A stretch of DNA of 64,000 nt from Chiloscyllium plagiosum (Eukaryota). This document shows positions 37,201 to 49,510 of this stretch, in pieces. The stretch's first letter is position 1. Each line of letters begins with the position of its first letter. The notes under the pieces are model-generated. The model was not told the origin of the DNA. It worked only from the letters and a program-made list of their open reading frames with translations, and did no database searches. A program made the translations under genes and the position numbers. The stretch lies in contig NC_057719.1 in assembly GCF_004010195.1 (NCBI RefSeq), positions 82,531,417 through 82,595,416 on the forward strand, given 5' to 3'.

Positions 37201-40200
37201 AGAAGTTAGGCCTTTTGGCCCATTGAGTCTGCTCCACCATTCAATCATGGATGATAGGTTTGTCAATCCCATTTTCCCACTTTCTCCCCATAACCTTTGA
37301 TTCCCTTGGCAATCAAGAACTTATCTATCTTTGTTTTAAATATAATCAATGACCTGGCCTCCACTGCCTTGCATTGAATTTCACAGACTCGCCACTCTCT
37401 GGTTAAAGAAGTTTCTCCTTATCTCTGTTCTAAAAGATCTTCCCTTTTACTCTAAGGCTATGCCATCAGGTCCTTATCTCTCCTCCCAGTGGAAACATCT
37501 TCCCAGTGTCCACTCTCCAGATTGTTCAATATTCTCTAAGTTTAATTCAGATTCCCACCCCCCACATCCTTAAACTCCATCGAGTAAGGTACCAGAGTCT
37601 GCAAATATTCCTCATATGTTAAGCCTTTTGTTCCTGGGTTCATTTTCATGAAACTCCTATGGACCTGCTCCAGGGCCAGTACATCCTTTGAGGTATTGGG
37701 TCCAAAATTGCTCACAGTACTCTAAATGTGGTTTGTCCAGAGCTTTATAAAGCCTCAGAAGTACATCCCTGCTTTTATATTGTAGTCTTCTCGAGATGAA
37801 TGACAACATTGTATTTGACTTCCTAACTACCAACTCTGCTTGAAAGTTTACCAAGAGAAACCTGTACTAGGACTCCCAATTCCATTTGCTCTTCAGACTT
37901 CTGAAATTTATCACCAGTTGGAAAATAGTCCATGCCCCTCTCCTTCCAACCAAAGTAGATGGCCTCACACTTTCCCACATTGTACTCCATCTGCCAGTTC
38001 TTTGCTCACTCTCTTAACCTGTTTAAGTCTCTCTGCAGCCTCCCTCTCTCCTCAATACTACCTACCCTTCCACCTTTTTATTATCTGCGAGCTTAGCCAA
38101 AATCTTTCACTTCCTTCATCCAGATCATTAATGTTTAAAGTGAAAGTGGTCCCAACACTGACCCTTGTGGAACATCACTGGTTTCATCCTGAGTAGGACC
38201 CTTTTATCCCCACTCTCTGTCTTCTGCCAATCTTCTATCCATGATAGTTGCTGGCCTGTAATACCATAGACCCTTATCTTACTCAACAGCTTCCTATGTG
38301 ACACCTTATCAAATGCCTTCTGGAAGCCCATATAGATAACATGGCTCTCAATGTCTAACCTGCTTGTTATCTCCTCAAAGAATCTTAACAGATTTGTCAG
38401 GCATGACCTCCCCTTGATGAAACCATGCTGACTTTGCCCTATTTTACCATGCATTTCCAAGTATTCAGATATTTCATCCTTTACAACGGACTCCAAAATC
38501 TTACCAGCATCTGAGGTCAGGCTAATTGGCCTATACTTTCCTGTCTTTTTCCCTACTCCCACCTTAAAGGGTGGGTTACATTAGCGATTTTCCAATCTTC
38601 TAGGGCCCTCCCTAACTCCAGTGATTCCCGAAAGATCACTACCAAAGCCTCCTCTATCTCTTCAGTTATGTCCTTCTGAACTCTGGTGTGTAGCCCTTCT
38701 AGTCCAGATGACTTACCCACTTCCAAAACTTACAGCTTTTCTAGCACTTTCTCCTTGGTGATGGCCACCATATTCATCTCTGCTCTTCCACACCCCCACC
38801 ACCACTCACCCCCCACACTCTGTTGACATTTTAGGATATTACTCGTGTCTTCCACAGTGAAGACTGACATAAAGTACTTATTCAGTTCCTCAGCCATCAA
38901 TTTCCAGGGACCCAATGTCCACTCTTGCCCCCTCTTTTTGCTCTTGATATAGCGAAAAAAATTCTTGCAATCTCTTTTAATATTATTGGCTCGCTTTCCC
39001 TCCTATTTAGTCATCTCCCTCTGTATTTCTTTCTTCGTTGTCCTCTGATCTTTGAAGGCTTCCCACTGCCCTTTTCCACATCATATGCTTTCTCTTTTGC
39101 TTTTATGCTGTCCCTGACTTCCCAGGTCAGCCATAGTTGTTTCATCCTCGCTTTCATATGCTCCTTTCCTCGGGATGAGTTTTTGTTTTGTTTCTCAGAA
39201 ACTCCTGCTATTGTTGTTCCACTGTCTTTCCTGCTAGGCTCCTCTCCCAGTCAATTCTACCCAGCTCCTCTGTCATGCCTCTGTAGTTGCTTTTATTCAA
39301 CTGTAATCCTGTTACACCTGAATCCACCTTCTCCCTCTTAAATTGCTGAGTAAATTCTATCATATTATGGTCACTGTCTCCTAAGGGTTGCTTGGCCTTA
39401 AGCTCCCTTATCAAATCTGCCTCGTTGCACACTAAATCCAGAATTGCCTGTTCTGTAGTGGGCTGCACCACAAGCTGCTCCAAAAAGCCATCTGAGACAT
39501 TCCACAAATTCCTTTTCTTGTGATCCACTGATTTTCCCAGTTCACCTGCATGTTGAAATCCCCCATGATCATTGTAACCTTACCTTTGTTACTCGCCCTT
39601 TGTATCTCTTGGTGTACCTTGTGTTTCCAATCCTGACTACTGCTTAGAGGCCTGTAGGTAACTCCCATTGGTTTTTTTTTCCACCAATTGGGTTCCTCAA
39701 CACTACTCACGCAGATTCTACATCATCTGACCCTACTTAGTTTATTGCTACTGATTTAATTTCATTTCTTACTAACAAGGTAACCCCACCCCTCCGCCTG
39801 GCCTTTTTCAGTAGGATAAGTATATCCTTGGATATTTAGCTCCCACTCCTGGTCCCCTTTCAGCCACATCTCTGCCCACTGCATCGTACCTGCCAATTTC
39901 AATCTATGCCACAAGCTCATTTATCTTATTTTGTTTACTGCGCAAATTCGGATACAGCACCTTCAGTCCTGTGTTGATCATCCCTCTTCTCATTGTAATT
40001 TGTTTATCCAGTGTGCTTGCAGTTTGGTTCTTAACCCTTTCCAAACACTGTCCTAATTTGTATGCTGGAGACTTTAATGACCTCTCCTGAGTTCTCCTTT
40101 CTTTTCATTTTTCATATTTCATATTTTTCCATCCCCTTGGCTGTAGCTGCTTGGATTTTTACCCTTTCCTTCCCCCCAACTTCCTAGTTTAAAGTCTTGT

Positions 40201-40450
40201 TGACCACCCACTTACCTTTCTCGCTGGTCCCAGCTCTGTTCAGGTGGACACCATCCCAACTGTACAGATCTTTCTTGTTTCAGTACTCGTGCCAGTGACT
40301 CATGAAAAGGAACCCCTCTTTCCGACTCAACTCTTTTAGCAATATGTTTACTTCCCTTATTCTCACATCCTTATGCCAGTTTGCACATGGTTTGGTCAGT
40401 AATCCAGAGATTATAACCTTTGACATGTTCTTTAATTTTTAGTTCTTGAT

Positions 40451-40731
40451 AATCCCTAAACAGGTCCTCTTACCTAATATTGTCTATGTTGTTTGTATCG
40501 ACAAGGATCACGACTAGATCCTCTCACTTCCTCTCCAATATCCATTCAAGCCAGTCCTGGACACTGGCACCGGGCAGGCAACATAATATTCTGGATCAGA
40601 ATCCCTAAACAGGTCCTCTTACCTAATATTGTCTATGTTGTTTGTATCGACAAGGATCACGACTAGATCCTCTCACTTCCTCTCCAATATCCTTTCAAGC
40701 CAGTCCTGGACAACATAATATTCTGGATCAG
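40451..40731 (+). repeat. Tandem duplication (149 bp + 132 bp)
   Basis: aatccctaaacagg...attctggatcag occurs at 40451-40599 and 40600-40731; the second copy lacks 17 nt. Confidence 0.9.
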
Positions 40732-41620
40732 TGGTGCTGGAAGAGCACAGCAATTCAGGCAGCATCCGACGAGCAGCAAAATCAACGTTTTGGGCAAAAG
40801 CCCTTCATCAGGAATAAAGGCAGAGAGCCTGAAGCGTGGAGAGATAAGCTAGAGGAGGGTGGGGGTGGGGAGAAAGTAGCATAGAGTGCAATAGGTGAGT
40901 GGGGGAGGAGATGAAGGTAATAGGTCAGGGAGGAGGGGGTGGAGTGGATAGGTGGANNNNNNNNNNNNNNNNNNNNNNNNNNNNNNNNNNNNNNNNNNNN
41001 NNNNNNNNNNNNNNNNNNNNNNNNNNNNNNNNNNNNNNNNNNNNNNNNNNNNNNNNNNNNNNNNNNNNNNNNNNNNNNNNNNNNNNNNNNNNNNNNNNNN
41101 NNNNNNNNNNNNNNNNNNNNNNNNNNNNNNNNNNNNNNNNNNNNNNNNNNNNNNNNNNNNNNNNNNNNNNNNNNNNNNNNNNNNNNNNNNNNNNNNNNNN
41201 NNNNNNNNNNNNNNNNNNNNNNNNNNNNNNNNNNNNNNNNNNNNNNNNNNNNNNNNNNNNNNNNNNNNNNNNNNNNNGAAATGTCGGTGGATGATTTGGT
41301 TTATGCGAAGGTTGGTAGGATGGAAGGTGAGCACCAGGAACGTTTTGTCCTTGTTGCGGTTGGAGGGGTTGAGTCTGAGGGCGGAATTGCGGGATGTGGA
41401 TGAGATGCGTTGGAGGGCATCTTTAACCACGTGGGAAGGGAAATTGCGGTCTCTAAAGAAGGAGGCCATCTGGTGTGTTCTATGGTGGAACTGGTCCTCC
41501 TGGGAGCAGATATGGCGGAGGCGGAGGAATTGGGAATACGGGATGGCATTTTTGCAAGCGATAGGGTGGGAAGAGGTATAATCCAGGTAGCTGTGGGAGT
41601 CGGTGGGTTTGTAAAAAATG
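40722..41620 (-). mobile_element. Penelope-like retroelement, 5' truncated, spans N gap 40957-41277
   Basis: FYKPTDSHSYLDYTSSHP..CKNAIPYSQFLRLRHICS is the Penelope RT thumb/linker signature; terminus matches 1334-1460; candidate TSD cataatat (40714-40721, 41625-41632). Confidence 0.9.
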
Positions 41621-43187
41621 ACAGCATAATATGTGGATTCTCTATCCTGCTTACAAAGGATATTATCTATTCCTCTAATTATAGAATCACCTACAATTAC
41701 CACTTGTTTTCTGTATTGTGTCCCTCCTACTACCCTTTTTTACTCTCCCATTTGGATGAGCTCCTGGATCATGCCGTGGTCAGCTATCTCACCCATCCTG
41801 CAGCCCTCACTCTCATCCAGACAATTAAAACAAAACCCCAAGCATGTTTGGCAATTGCAATGTCTGAAGAGTTCAGTGCTGTCCCTGAATCCCCTTCCCT
41901 GCCTCAAAATGCAGTCACACTCTCTCTCGATTAGTGACCAAATCAGAAGACCCGATCCTAAAGGATGTGACTGCCAAGTTATCCAAGTTATTTTCTTCCC
42001 TCTGGATGTGTTATATTGCATTTAGAATGGTTTCCCATGGTCACACTATCAGCCAAAGCTGCTGAAGTTGTAAAAACTTTATGCAAACATGTTTGCCCCG
42101 GATCTCTCAAGAACCATGGAGCTCACATCTGCTGCAGCCATGTCACATCATTTGCAAATGTGGTTCTGTGGTTCAGTTAACTGCCTTGATCATTTATTCA
42201 ACTCTTGTTTCATGCTTTTATCATCCCTAGCACAGGTTCCTGTACTGTTTTAAATCTTGGGAAGATAATATACCTTTAACTACTATAACAGTTGTCTTCT
42301 TCGCTTGCAATAAAGTTAGAATTAATTTTTGGAGGATGAGTTGAAAATGAACACCTCCTTCTCTTCCTCCCTGAACTCACTTACTCATCAAACTTTCAGC
42401 ATTCTGTCCCAAGTTGCACTCTGGTGCAAGGTCACAGAGAATAATGAGGACTGCTGTGGGTGAGGGGTGTAGTCAGCAAGGGCATGGTTGTGGCTGTCAA
42501 CAGACATTCCTCGTCCCCCAACTGTTTCCTTGTCGTGATCCATATATTGTGGGCTTCCATCAGCCCACTGCTGGGTTATATCACTTGTGGTGAAATGAAT
42601 CCTTTTCAGGGATGTTCATTGGCAACCATTCCTCAGGTTTCCTTCCACTGATTTAATTCGGCTAGAGGCAGGAATGTACTAAGATCCCAGTCTTCCAACT
42701 TTCCACCTAAATGCCCCCCACTGCCAAACATGCTATGGGGAGGGCATCAAATTCTGCTGCTATTGGAAGAAAGGCCAATAGTAATAGCATAAGGCTTTTG
42801 TCTCCACAACCTGCAAGTCAGCAAGATCACAGTGTGTTTGAGAAAGGAGTAGAGAAAAATTAATGATATCAAAAAAGTAAATTAGATTTGGAACCAAGAA
42901 ACGAGAGTGGGTTGCTGTCCAAACAACAGTATTTTACATGGATCTTATCCCACCAACGTGCACGAGAAGCTTTAAAAATCTCAATAAATTTTAACTTTTT
43001 TATTGTATGCTTCTAAAGAAATATGGCCTCCGTCATCTTGATTGCTTCTCAAATTTTTGTGATATTTTCCCAAATATTGGGTCAAGATGAGGATTTTATC
43101 CTGGATCTTATCCAGGACTACAAGTAAGGTTATATTCACTGTTGGTAATGCAGCATTCATTTAGGACTGTTTCTCTTCTTTTGCCAG

Positions 43188-43370
43188 ATTCTCCAGTCTC
43201 TTCTGTCCCCTTGACTCCTGGGAGTTTGCTAATGATGCCACAGGGTCAGGTGCTGACTTTAAAAGGCCCACTTGTTTCTGGTGAAAGCCCTGTCTTCACT
43301 ACTGAAGGACTTCTACATGGAAACCAGTTGATACCCAAGTGTGATGACACAGCAGGGGCAAGGTTTGCAG
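43188..43370 (+). CDS. MGA: MGA coding exon (phase 1-1)
   Basis: Pyrimidine tract + gccag/AT, CAG/gtaata donor; LMMPQGQVLTLKGPL matches MGA TPQGQLLTLKGPL. An in-frame alternative acceptor exists at 43197. Confidence 0.9.
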
Positions 43371-44328
43371 GTAATACTTTTGAATGTTGGACTGGATCTT
43401 GCATTCATTCTATTATTACAAAATAATAGTGTTACAATAGAAAAGACTTGCCTGAGGACTGGACAATAATGTGGTTCAGTGTTTTCATCTTTAGGATCTA
43501 ATTGATAATCCAACCAGTGTATGAATTAAACATTTCTCTCGCATATTAATTAGTGCAAGAACTGACTGACTGAAAGAATTGTGTACACAAATGCTGATCT
43601 AACTTCAGTCACAGAGGTAGGCATTTGAAAATGGAATTGTCAGACAATTGCACTGTTTTTGGAAGAAAGGAAAACTCTCAATTTGGAAGTAGTTAACTTG
43701 GTGTTAGGTGCTTAAGCTGAAAACGTATTCCATTCCAAGCATTGACATGCTTCAAATAACACTGAATTTATTTTTAGTTCATAAACATTATAAATGGAGG
43801 CAGAGGGCACAAAATCAAGTGGTTGTCCTTTAACTGAATGAAGTGAATATGGTGCTTATTCACAGTAGTGTTGTCTTATCACTCCTCTGACTGTTGATTT
43901 GCATTCACTCAATTTCCATACCTTAAATTAAAATTCTTATACTCTGTCAAATCTCTCCATGTCTATGCCTTTCTCTAATCTTGCAATCCTAAATTGTTCT
44001 GTTATTGTGGCAACTCCCTGTTCTTTTTAAGCAGCTCTTGTAACTCCACTCCTTTGACCAAAATCTGATCACCTGTTCTAATATATCCGAACATGATTTG
44101 TTGTGAAACACCAGGTTAACTCCGTTAAAAGGTCTTGGGCCTTTCTACTGCATTAAAGGTACTATGTAAATATATGTAGTTCTTTGGAATTAACACAGAC
44201 TACCTTAACCCCAGGGTTGTGTATATGTGAGGGGAGGGCAGTTCATACTTCAGAACTTGGCTATGTTCTACACTGCCCTGTTATACTGGCACTTTTAGTT
44301 GGATTCCCACCAAAATTACTTTATGAAA

Positions 44329-45985
44329 AGTCATAGAGATGTACACCATGGAAACAGACACTCCAGTCCAGCCCGTCCATGCCGACCAGATATCCCAACC
44401 CAATCTAGTCCCACCTGCCAGCACCCGGCCCATATCCCTCCAAACCCTCCTTATTCATATGTCCATTCAAATGCCTTTTAATTGTTGCAATTGTACCAGC
44501 CTCCACCACTTCCTCATGCAGCTCATTCCATACACTTACCACCCTCTGTGTGAAAACGTTGCCCCCTTAGGCCCCTTTTATATCTTTCCCCTCTCACCCT
44601 AAACTTATGCCCTCTAGTTATAATCTCAGCAAGAGCCCCAGCAATCACTTCTCTAGTTTCCCACAGAGTTCTAGGGTACACCTGATCAGGTCCTGGGGAT
44701 TTATCCACCTTTATGCATTTCAAGACATCCGGCACTTCCTCCTCTGTAATATGGACATTTTGCAAGGTGTCACCATCTATTTCGCTACTTTCTATATGCT
44801 TCATATCCTTTCCTACAGTAAATACTGATGCAAAGTGCTCGTTTAGTATCTGCCCCATCTCCTGCGGCTCCACGCAAAAGCCACCTTGCTGATCTTTGAG
44901 GGGCCCTATTCTTTCCCTAGTTAACCCTTTGGTCCTTGATGTATTTGTAAAAACCCTTTGGATTCTCCTTAATTCTATTTGCTAAAACTATCTCATGTCC
45001 CCTTTTTGCCCTCCTGATTTCCCTCTTAAGTATACTCCTACTTCCTTTATACTCTTCTAAGGATACACTTAATCTATCCTGTCTATACCTTACATATGCT
45101 TCCTTCTTTTTCTTAACCAAACCCTCAATTTCTTTAGTCATCCAGCATTCCCTATACCTACCAGCCTTCTCTTTCACCCTGACAGGAATATACTTTCTCT
45201 GGATTCTTGCTATCTCATTTCTGAAGGCTTCCCATTTTCCAGCCGTCCCTTTACCTGCGAACATNNNNNNNNNNNNNNNNNNNNNNNNNNNNNNNNNNNN
45301 NNNNNNNNNNNNNNNNNNNNNNNNNNNNNNNNNNNNNNNNNNNNNNNNNNNNNNNNNNNNNNNNNNNNNNNNNNNNNNNNNNNNNNNNNNNNNNNNNNNN
45401 NNNNNNNNNNNNNNNNNNNNNNNNNNNNNNNNNNNNNNNNNNNNNNNNNNNNNNNNNNNNNNNNNNNNNNNNNNNNNNNNNNNNNNNNNNNNNNNNNNNN
45501 NNNNNNNNNNNNNNNNNNNNNNNNNNNNNNNNNNNNNNNNNNNNNNNNNNNNNNNNNNNNNNNNNNNNNNNNNNNNNNNNNNNNNNNNNNNNNNNNNNNN
45601 NNNNNNNNNNNNNNNNNNNNNNNNNNNNNNNNNNNNNNNNNNNNNNNNNNNNNNNNNNNNNNNNNNNNNNNNNNNNNNNNNNNNNNNNNNNNNNNNNNNN
45701 NNNNNNNNNNNNNNNNNNNNNNNNNNNNNNNNNNNNNNNNNNNNNNNNNNNNNNNNNNNNNNNNNNNNNNNNNNNNNNNNNNNNNNNNNNNNNNNNNNNN
45801 NNNNNNNNNNNNNNNNNNNNNNNNNNNNNNNNNNNNNNNNNAATTCCTCTCCATCTAAACCCTTAACACTATGGCAGTCCCAGTCTATGTTTGGAAAGTT
45901 AAAATCCCCTACCATAATCACCCTATTATTCTTACAGATAGCTGAGATCTCTTTACAAGTTTGTTTCTCAATTTCCCTCTGACCT
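44329..45985 (-). mobile_element. Younger CR1 copy with internal deletion, spans N gap 45265-45841
   Basis: VGDFNFPNIDW, DKSPGPDQVYPRTL; same subfamily as 25505-29358 in opposite orientation. Confidence 0.9.
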
Positions 45986-46060
45986 AGAATTTTGGAATTA
46001 ATTTTAATTTTTTATTGTTCAGTTATGAAATATAGCCTAAATAATCTTGCTTTCTTCTCA

Positions 46061-47398
46061 AATGCATTATGGATTAATTGGTTTGGATGTCAGAACGTGT
46101 CTCAAAAAGATATTGTAGTGGTCCATGAGAGAGAGGCAGAAAGCAGAAGCAACATGAATTGGAGACATTTTCAGTGCAGCCAGGCACAATGCATTCCAAC
46201 TTATTAAAGTGTTGCCTCCATGTTAAGGCTCTAAAGTTCAACTTTTACTCCATAACCATCAATGCTACACAGAGGCAGGTAAACAGATATTTGGCATGAC
46301 GTGCCAATTGCCATGCAGCGAAAGCCAATAGTCTAGCTGTCTACTTGCTGGAATCGTACAGAATTGGCAGATTGTGACATCAATCAGCATCTAGTGCAAA
46401 TTTGGCATATGATCATCTATTTTGGGAAAATCCTATTAATGCCCTGCAAACTATCTTGCTGCTGGCCAAGCAGTCAATGATTTGATATGACCATCCAGGT
46501 CACTGTAGCTCTTAATTTTGAAGCCAGTCGATCTTTCTAAGCTGGAGACAGTAACACCTCTTTAAAAATTTCTGATTTGTCATGCATCACTGTATCTGGA
46601 ATATCACCAAGGGACTGTATGCAAAAGGAATGGAATTCATTGTCTTCTTTCAAGGTGGAAAGAAGCTGGAGGAGGGGGATTGTGGTTTTGCCAAGGTAGT
46701 GGATTCCCCAGTGTTAAATGGAGCCATGAACAAGATGCGTATGGTTCTATGGTTGCCGCGTTTTAATATGACGATATACTGGAGCCAAAGGGGGTTCAAA
46801 ACCTTGAAAGTGTAGTTCATGTATAATCTCACAGACCACCATGTTGTTGAATTGCTGCTGTCTCAGTAGCAGTCTTGATGTTTTTGTCTTAAGTCATTCA
46901 GCTGGTACCTCATTCTTCAAGCCACCATGCCAAAATGGAGGGGTAGCTGTGTGGCGACAGGGCTGCCTGCTCCACGTACATCTGAGACCACTTGCAATCC
47001 CATCACAGTGGACAGTAATACTAAAAGGAGAGCCATGGTCCAACTGGGAACTTCATGAATCAGACCTTTTGTGCTCTGGTTTCTGCTTCCTGGCTTGTAT
47101 GGATGAATCCCTCCAGTTCCTCCCAGAACTTGTCATCATTCATGGTAGTCTGCCCCATCCTCCACAACCTAAGGATCACAGGGTGCAGCCCTTGAAGCTT
47201 TCAGTGACCATCTCAGGAAGAGACACTGGAAAACACCATTGCATGGGCCAACTATGAGCATCTCATCATTGTGTCTGGCTGCACTGAAAATGTCTCCAAT
47301 TCATGTTGCTTCTGCTTTCTGCCCATTTCTCATGGACTACTACAATAACCGTTTGACACACATTCTGACATCCAAACCAATTTAATCCATAATGCATT
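46061..47398. repeat. Inverted repeat pair of ~131 bp (46061-46191 and 47267-47398)
   Basis: ggcagaaagcagaagcaacatgaattggagacattttcagtgcagccag and its exact reverse complement, with similarity extending over ~130 bp. Confidence 0.9.
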
Positions 47399-47810
47399 AA
47401 ACAACGCACTCCTATGTATTACGTGTAAGGCAAACATTAAATGATCTTTGCCTGTCCTGGTGCTCCTCTGCGTTGCTACCTCAGTGGCTAAGACATGGTT
47501 TCTTACATGCACTCAGAGCCAACAAGAGCCTTGTAGGATGCCCTTGAGCAGCTTGGATTTGAGACTGTTAATTCAGAATGAACTGCCTTGGTATGGGAGA
47601 CAGCAGTCTGAGTTGATGGGCAACAAGTACACTGATGGAAAGGAAATGGTGGCTACATTGATCCTGTCTGAGGATAGTATGCTTCTGCATTCTGGAAGGG
47701 CTACCAGACGTCTGACTGTTCAGCAATCGTAGTAATCAGAGTTCATATTGTTCAACTACGTTAAGACCTTGAAAGCCCCTTTGACCAGAGGTGATCGCAT
47801 TCATGATGGC
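47050..47810 (-). mobile_element. Probable PIF/Harbinger transposase remnant
   Basis: Frameshifted minus-strand peptides RGFQGLNV (cf. RKGFHSLNV), AYILRQ, KG...WL*VHVRNH (cf. KGYPL..WLMTPVRNP) occur in the expected order; very decayed. Confidence 0.5.
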
Positions 47811-47816
47811 AGCATT

Positions 47817-47921
47817 AAAAATAGAAATACTGGAAAAATTCAGCAAGTGTAGCAGCACAGCATCTGTGGACAGTGAGAGAAGCAAAGTTAACATTTCAAG
47901 TCTGATATGACTCTGCAGAAC
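47817..47921 (-). mobile_element. Penelope-like terminus, degenerate
   Basis: ctggaaaaattcagcaag...gcatctgtggaca...gttaacatttcaagtc, like the left arm at 15820-15910; a similar piece lies at ~24105-24190. Confidence 0.65.
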
Positions 47922-48420
47922 AAAGATCACATTTGGGTGTGATAATGGGGAAAATTTAATGGAAAGCAAGAAATACATGGTCACCACTTACAGCTTGTGC
48001 TTCATACCAGATTGTGAAATGAGGATGAACTGTAATTTGAAAAGAAGAATAGGCAGGACTACCTTCATCATGGTTTGTTTCAGCAGTACATTTGTTTACA
48101 GTGATCGTAGGAACCGTTCTGTTATTAACCAAATGCACAGTCTCCTTATGCAGTGTGAGAGTATGCAGCCATGGCTCTGCGTTGCTAGCCTTTTGCAGTT
48201 ATGCGCCAATTGCCCTATCAGAGAGAAGGAAGTGTCAGTGAATATGTTCCAGTGTATTCAGGTGAAGAGCCTCATTACTGAGTAGTTGGCAATATGTAGA
48301 AACTGTGATGCAAGGGTGAGGTGGAGCACCTGCAGGTTAAACATAAGTCCTGATTGCTAGACATTGATGATGAGATCTGTTCATTAAGGAGTGTGGCTGT
48401 GATTGGTAGGAAGGTGAGGA

Positions 48421-49510
48421 GGAAGGTAATGGCCGTGTCACCAAATTAGTGAACCGGAGACCCAGGCTAATGTTCTGAGGTCCCACCACAACAGATAATG
48501 GGAATTTGAAGAGACTTAATAAATGGCAATCATGAAACATTGTGGATCTAGTTCACCCTCCATATAATTCCAGACTTCCTGCAAAGTGGTTGACTTCGAA
48601 CTGCACTCTGATATAGCCTGGTTAGCCTCAGTTGTATTAAATGCTGCAAAGTCTAAAGAATGAAATGAAATTGGATGGACCATCCAGTATCGACCTATGC
48701 ATTGGACAGAGCTGGGTTTGCCATTGTCCTACTAACTAACATCTGAGGTCTTGTGCCAAAATTTACAGAACTTTCCCACTGATCAGTCCATCATTAGCCT
48801 GACTTAGTGATGTTCACTGCATGATAACCTTTACACAAACTTCCAGATACCACTGTCCCCAATATGACTTGCCCTACCAGACCTGAAAAAGGTACAGAGG
48901 AGTATCGACTATCCGAAGGACACGGACGGGGAGTATTTCGATCGGTTAATTGAAAGCTGGATAACATAGTTTAGTCGAGCATCGGGACCTTGTGATCCTG
49001 TCGGATAATCCAGTATTTGGATAATTGAATGCCAGATAATCGCGTTTTCTGTATATGGTTGGAAGGGAATTTTCTGGGAATCTCAAGATTGACTCTGGGC
49101 ACAGCAAAATCTCATGGCATTAAGTCAGACTTTGGCAAGGAAACCTCCTGTTGACAACCCCCAACACCAAGTGGCTGATGGATCAGGAGTCCCCCTTGTT
49201 GGACACCAGTTGGAAGAAGCACAGAGATTGGCAATGTCCTATCCACTACCAAGGCACAGCTGTTAGTCTGGATCTACAGCAGTTGGCATAGGAACCAGCA
49301 AGAGGAGAAAAATCTACTTGACCTCTGCTTCACTAATCTACCTATCATAGATGCACTTGTCCATTGCAGTACTGGTAGGAGTGACAATAGCATAGTCCTT
49401 TTTATGGAGATATAATCCAATCTTCACATTTTAAGGGTTACCTCATCTTCTGAGAGATTTAGAACACATTTAACAATTCTCAACTGGGCATCCATAATAT
49501 GCAGTGGGCG
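48421..49510 (+). mobile_element. Second LINE family, 5' copy with SINE-like head then endonuclease region
   Basis: Head gagacccaggctaatgttctg...tcccaccac...gaatttgaa, then gtggttgact...ctctga...ctcagttgta, then gaaatgaaa.tgga and TNI*GLVPK. Confidence 0.7.
48895..49051. mobile_element. 157-bp pogo/Tigger-like MITE
   Basis: TA|cagaggagtatcgactatcc ... agataatcgcgttttctg|TA: imperfect TIRs starting CAG, TA duplication, internal ggataat repeats, CpG-rich relative to host. Confidence 0.75.

Larger units (their letters stand above)
37201..42100 (-). mobile_element. Second tandem CR1 LINE, interrupted by a Penelope insertion
   Basis: Minus ORFs: YRPISLTS...FQKAFDKVSH (RT), MGDFN and LGDSDHN (APE), VIVGDSIIRGID (GDSL ORF1 at ~41670-41703). 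Confidence 0.9.

Noticed and set aside
40849-41703. 284-aa ORF apparently fusing a GDSL esterase start to an RT-like domain
   Set aside because: Chance in-frame junction of CR1 ORF1 with a nested Penelope insertion, lengthened by an N gap.
44917-45921. 334-aa and 214-aa ORFs
   Set aside because: Mostly N gap within a CR1 ORF2.
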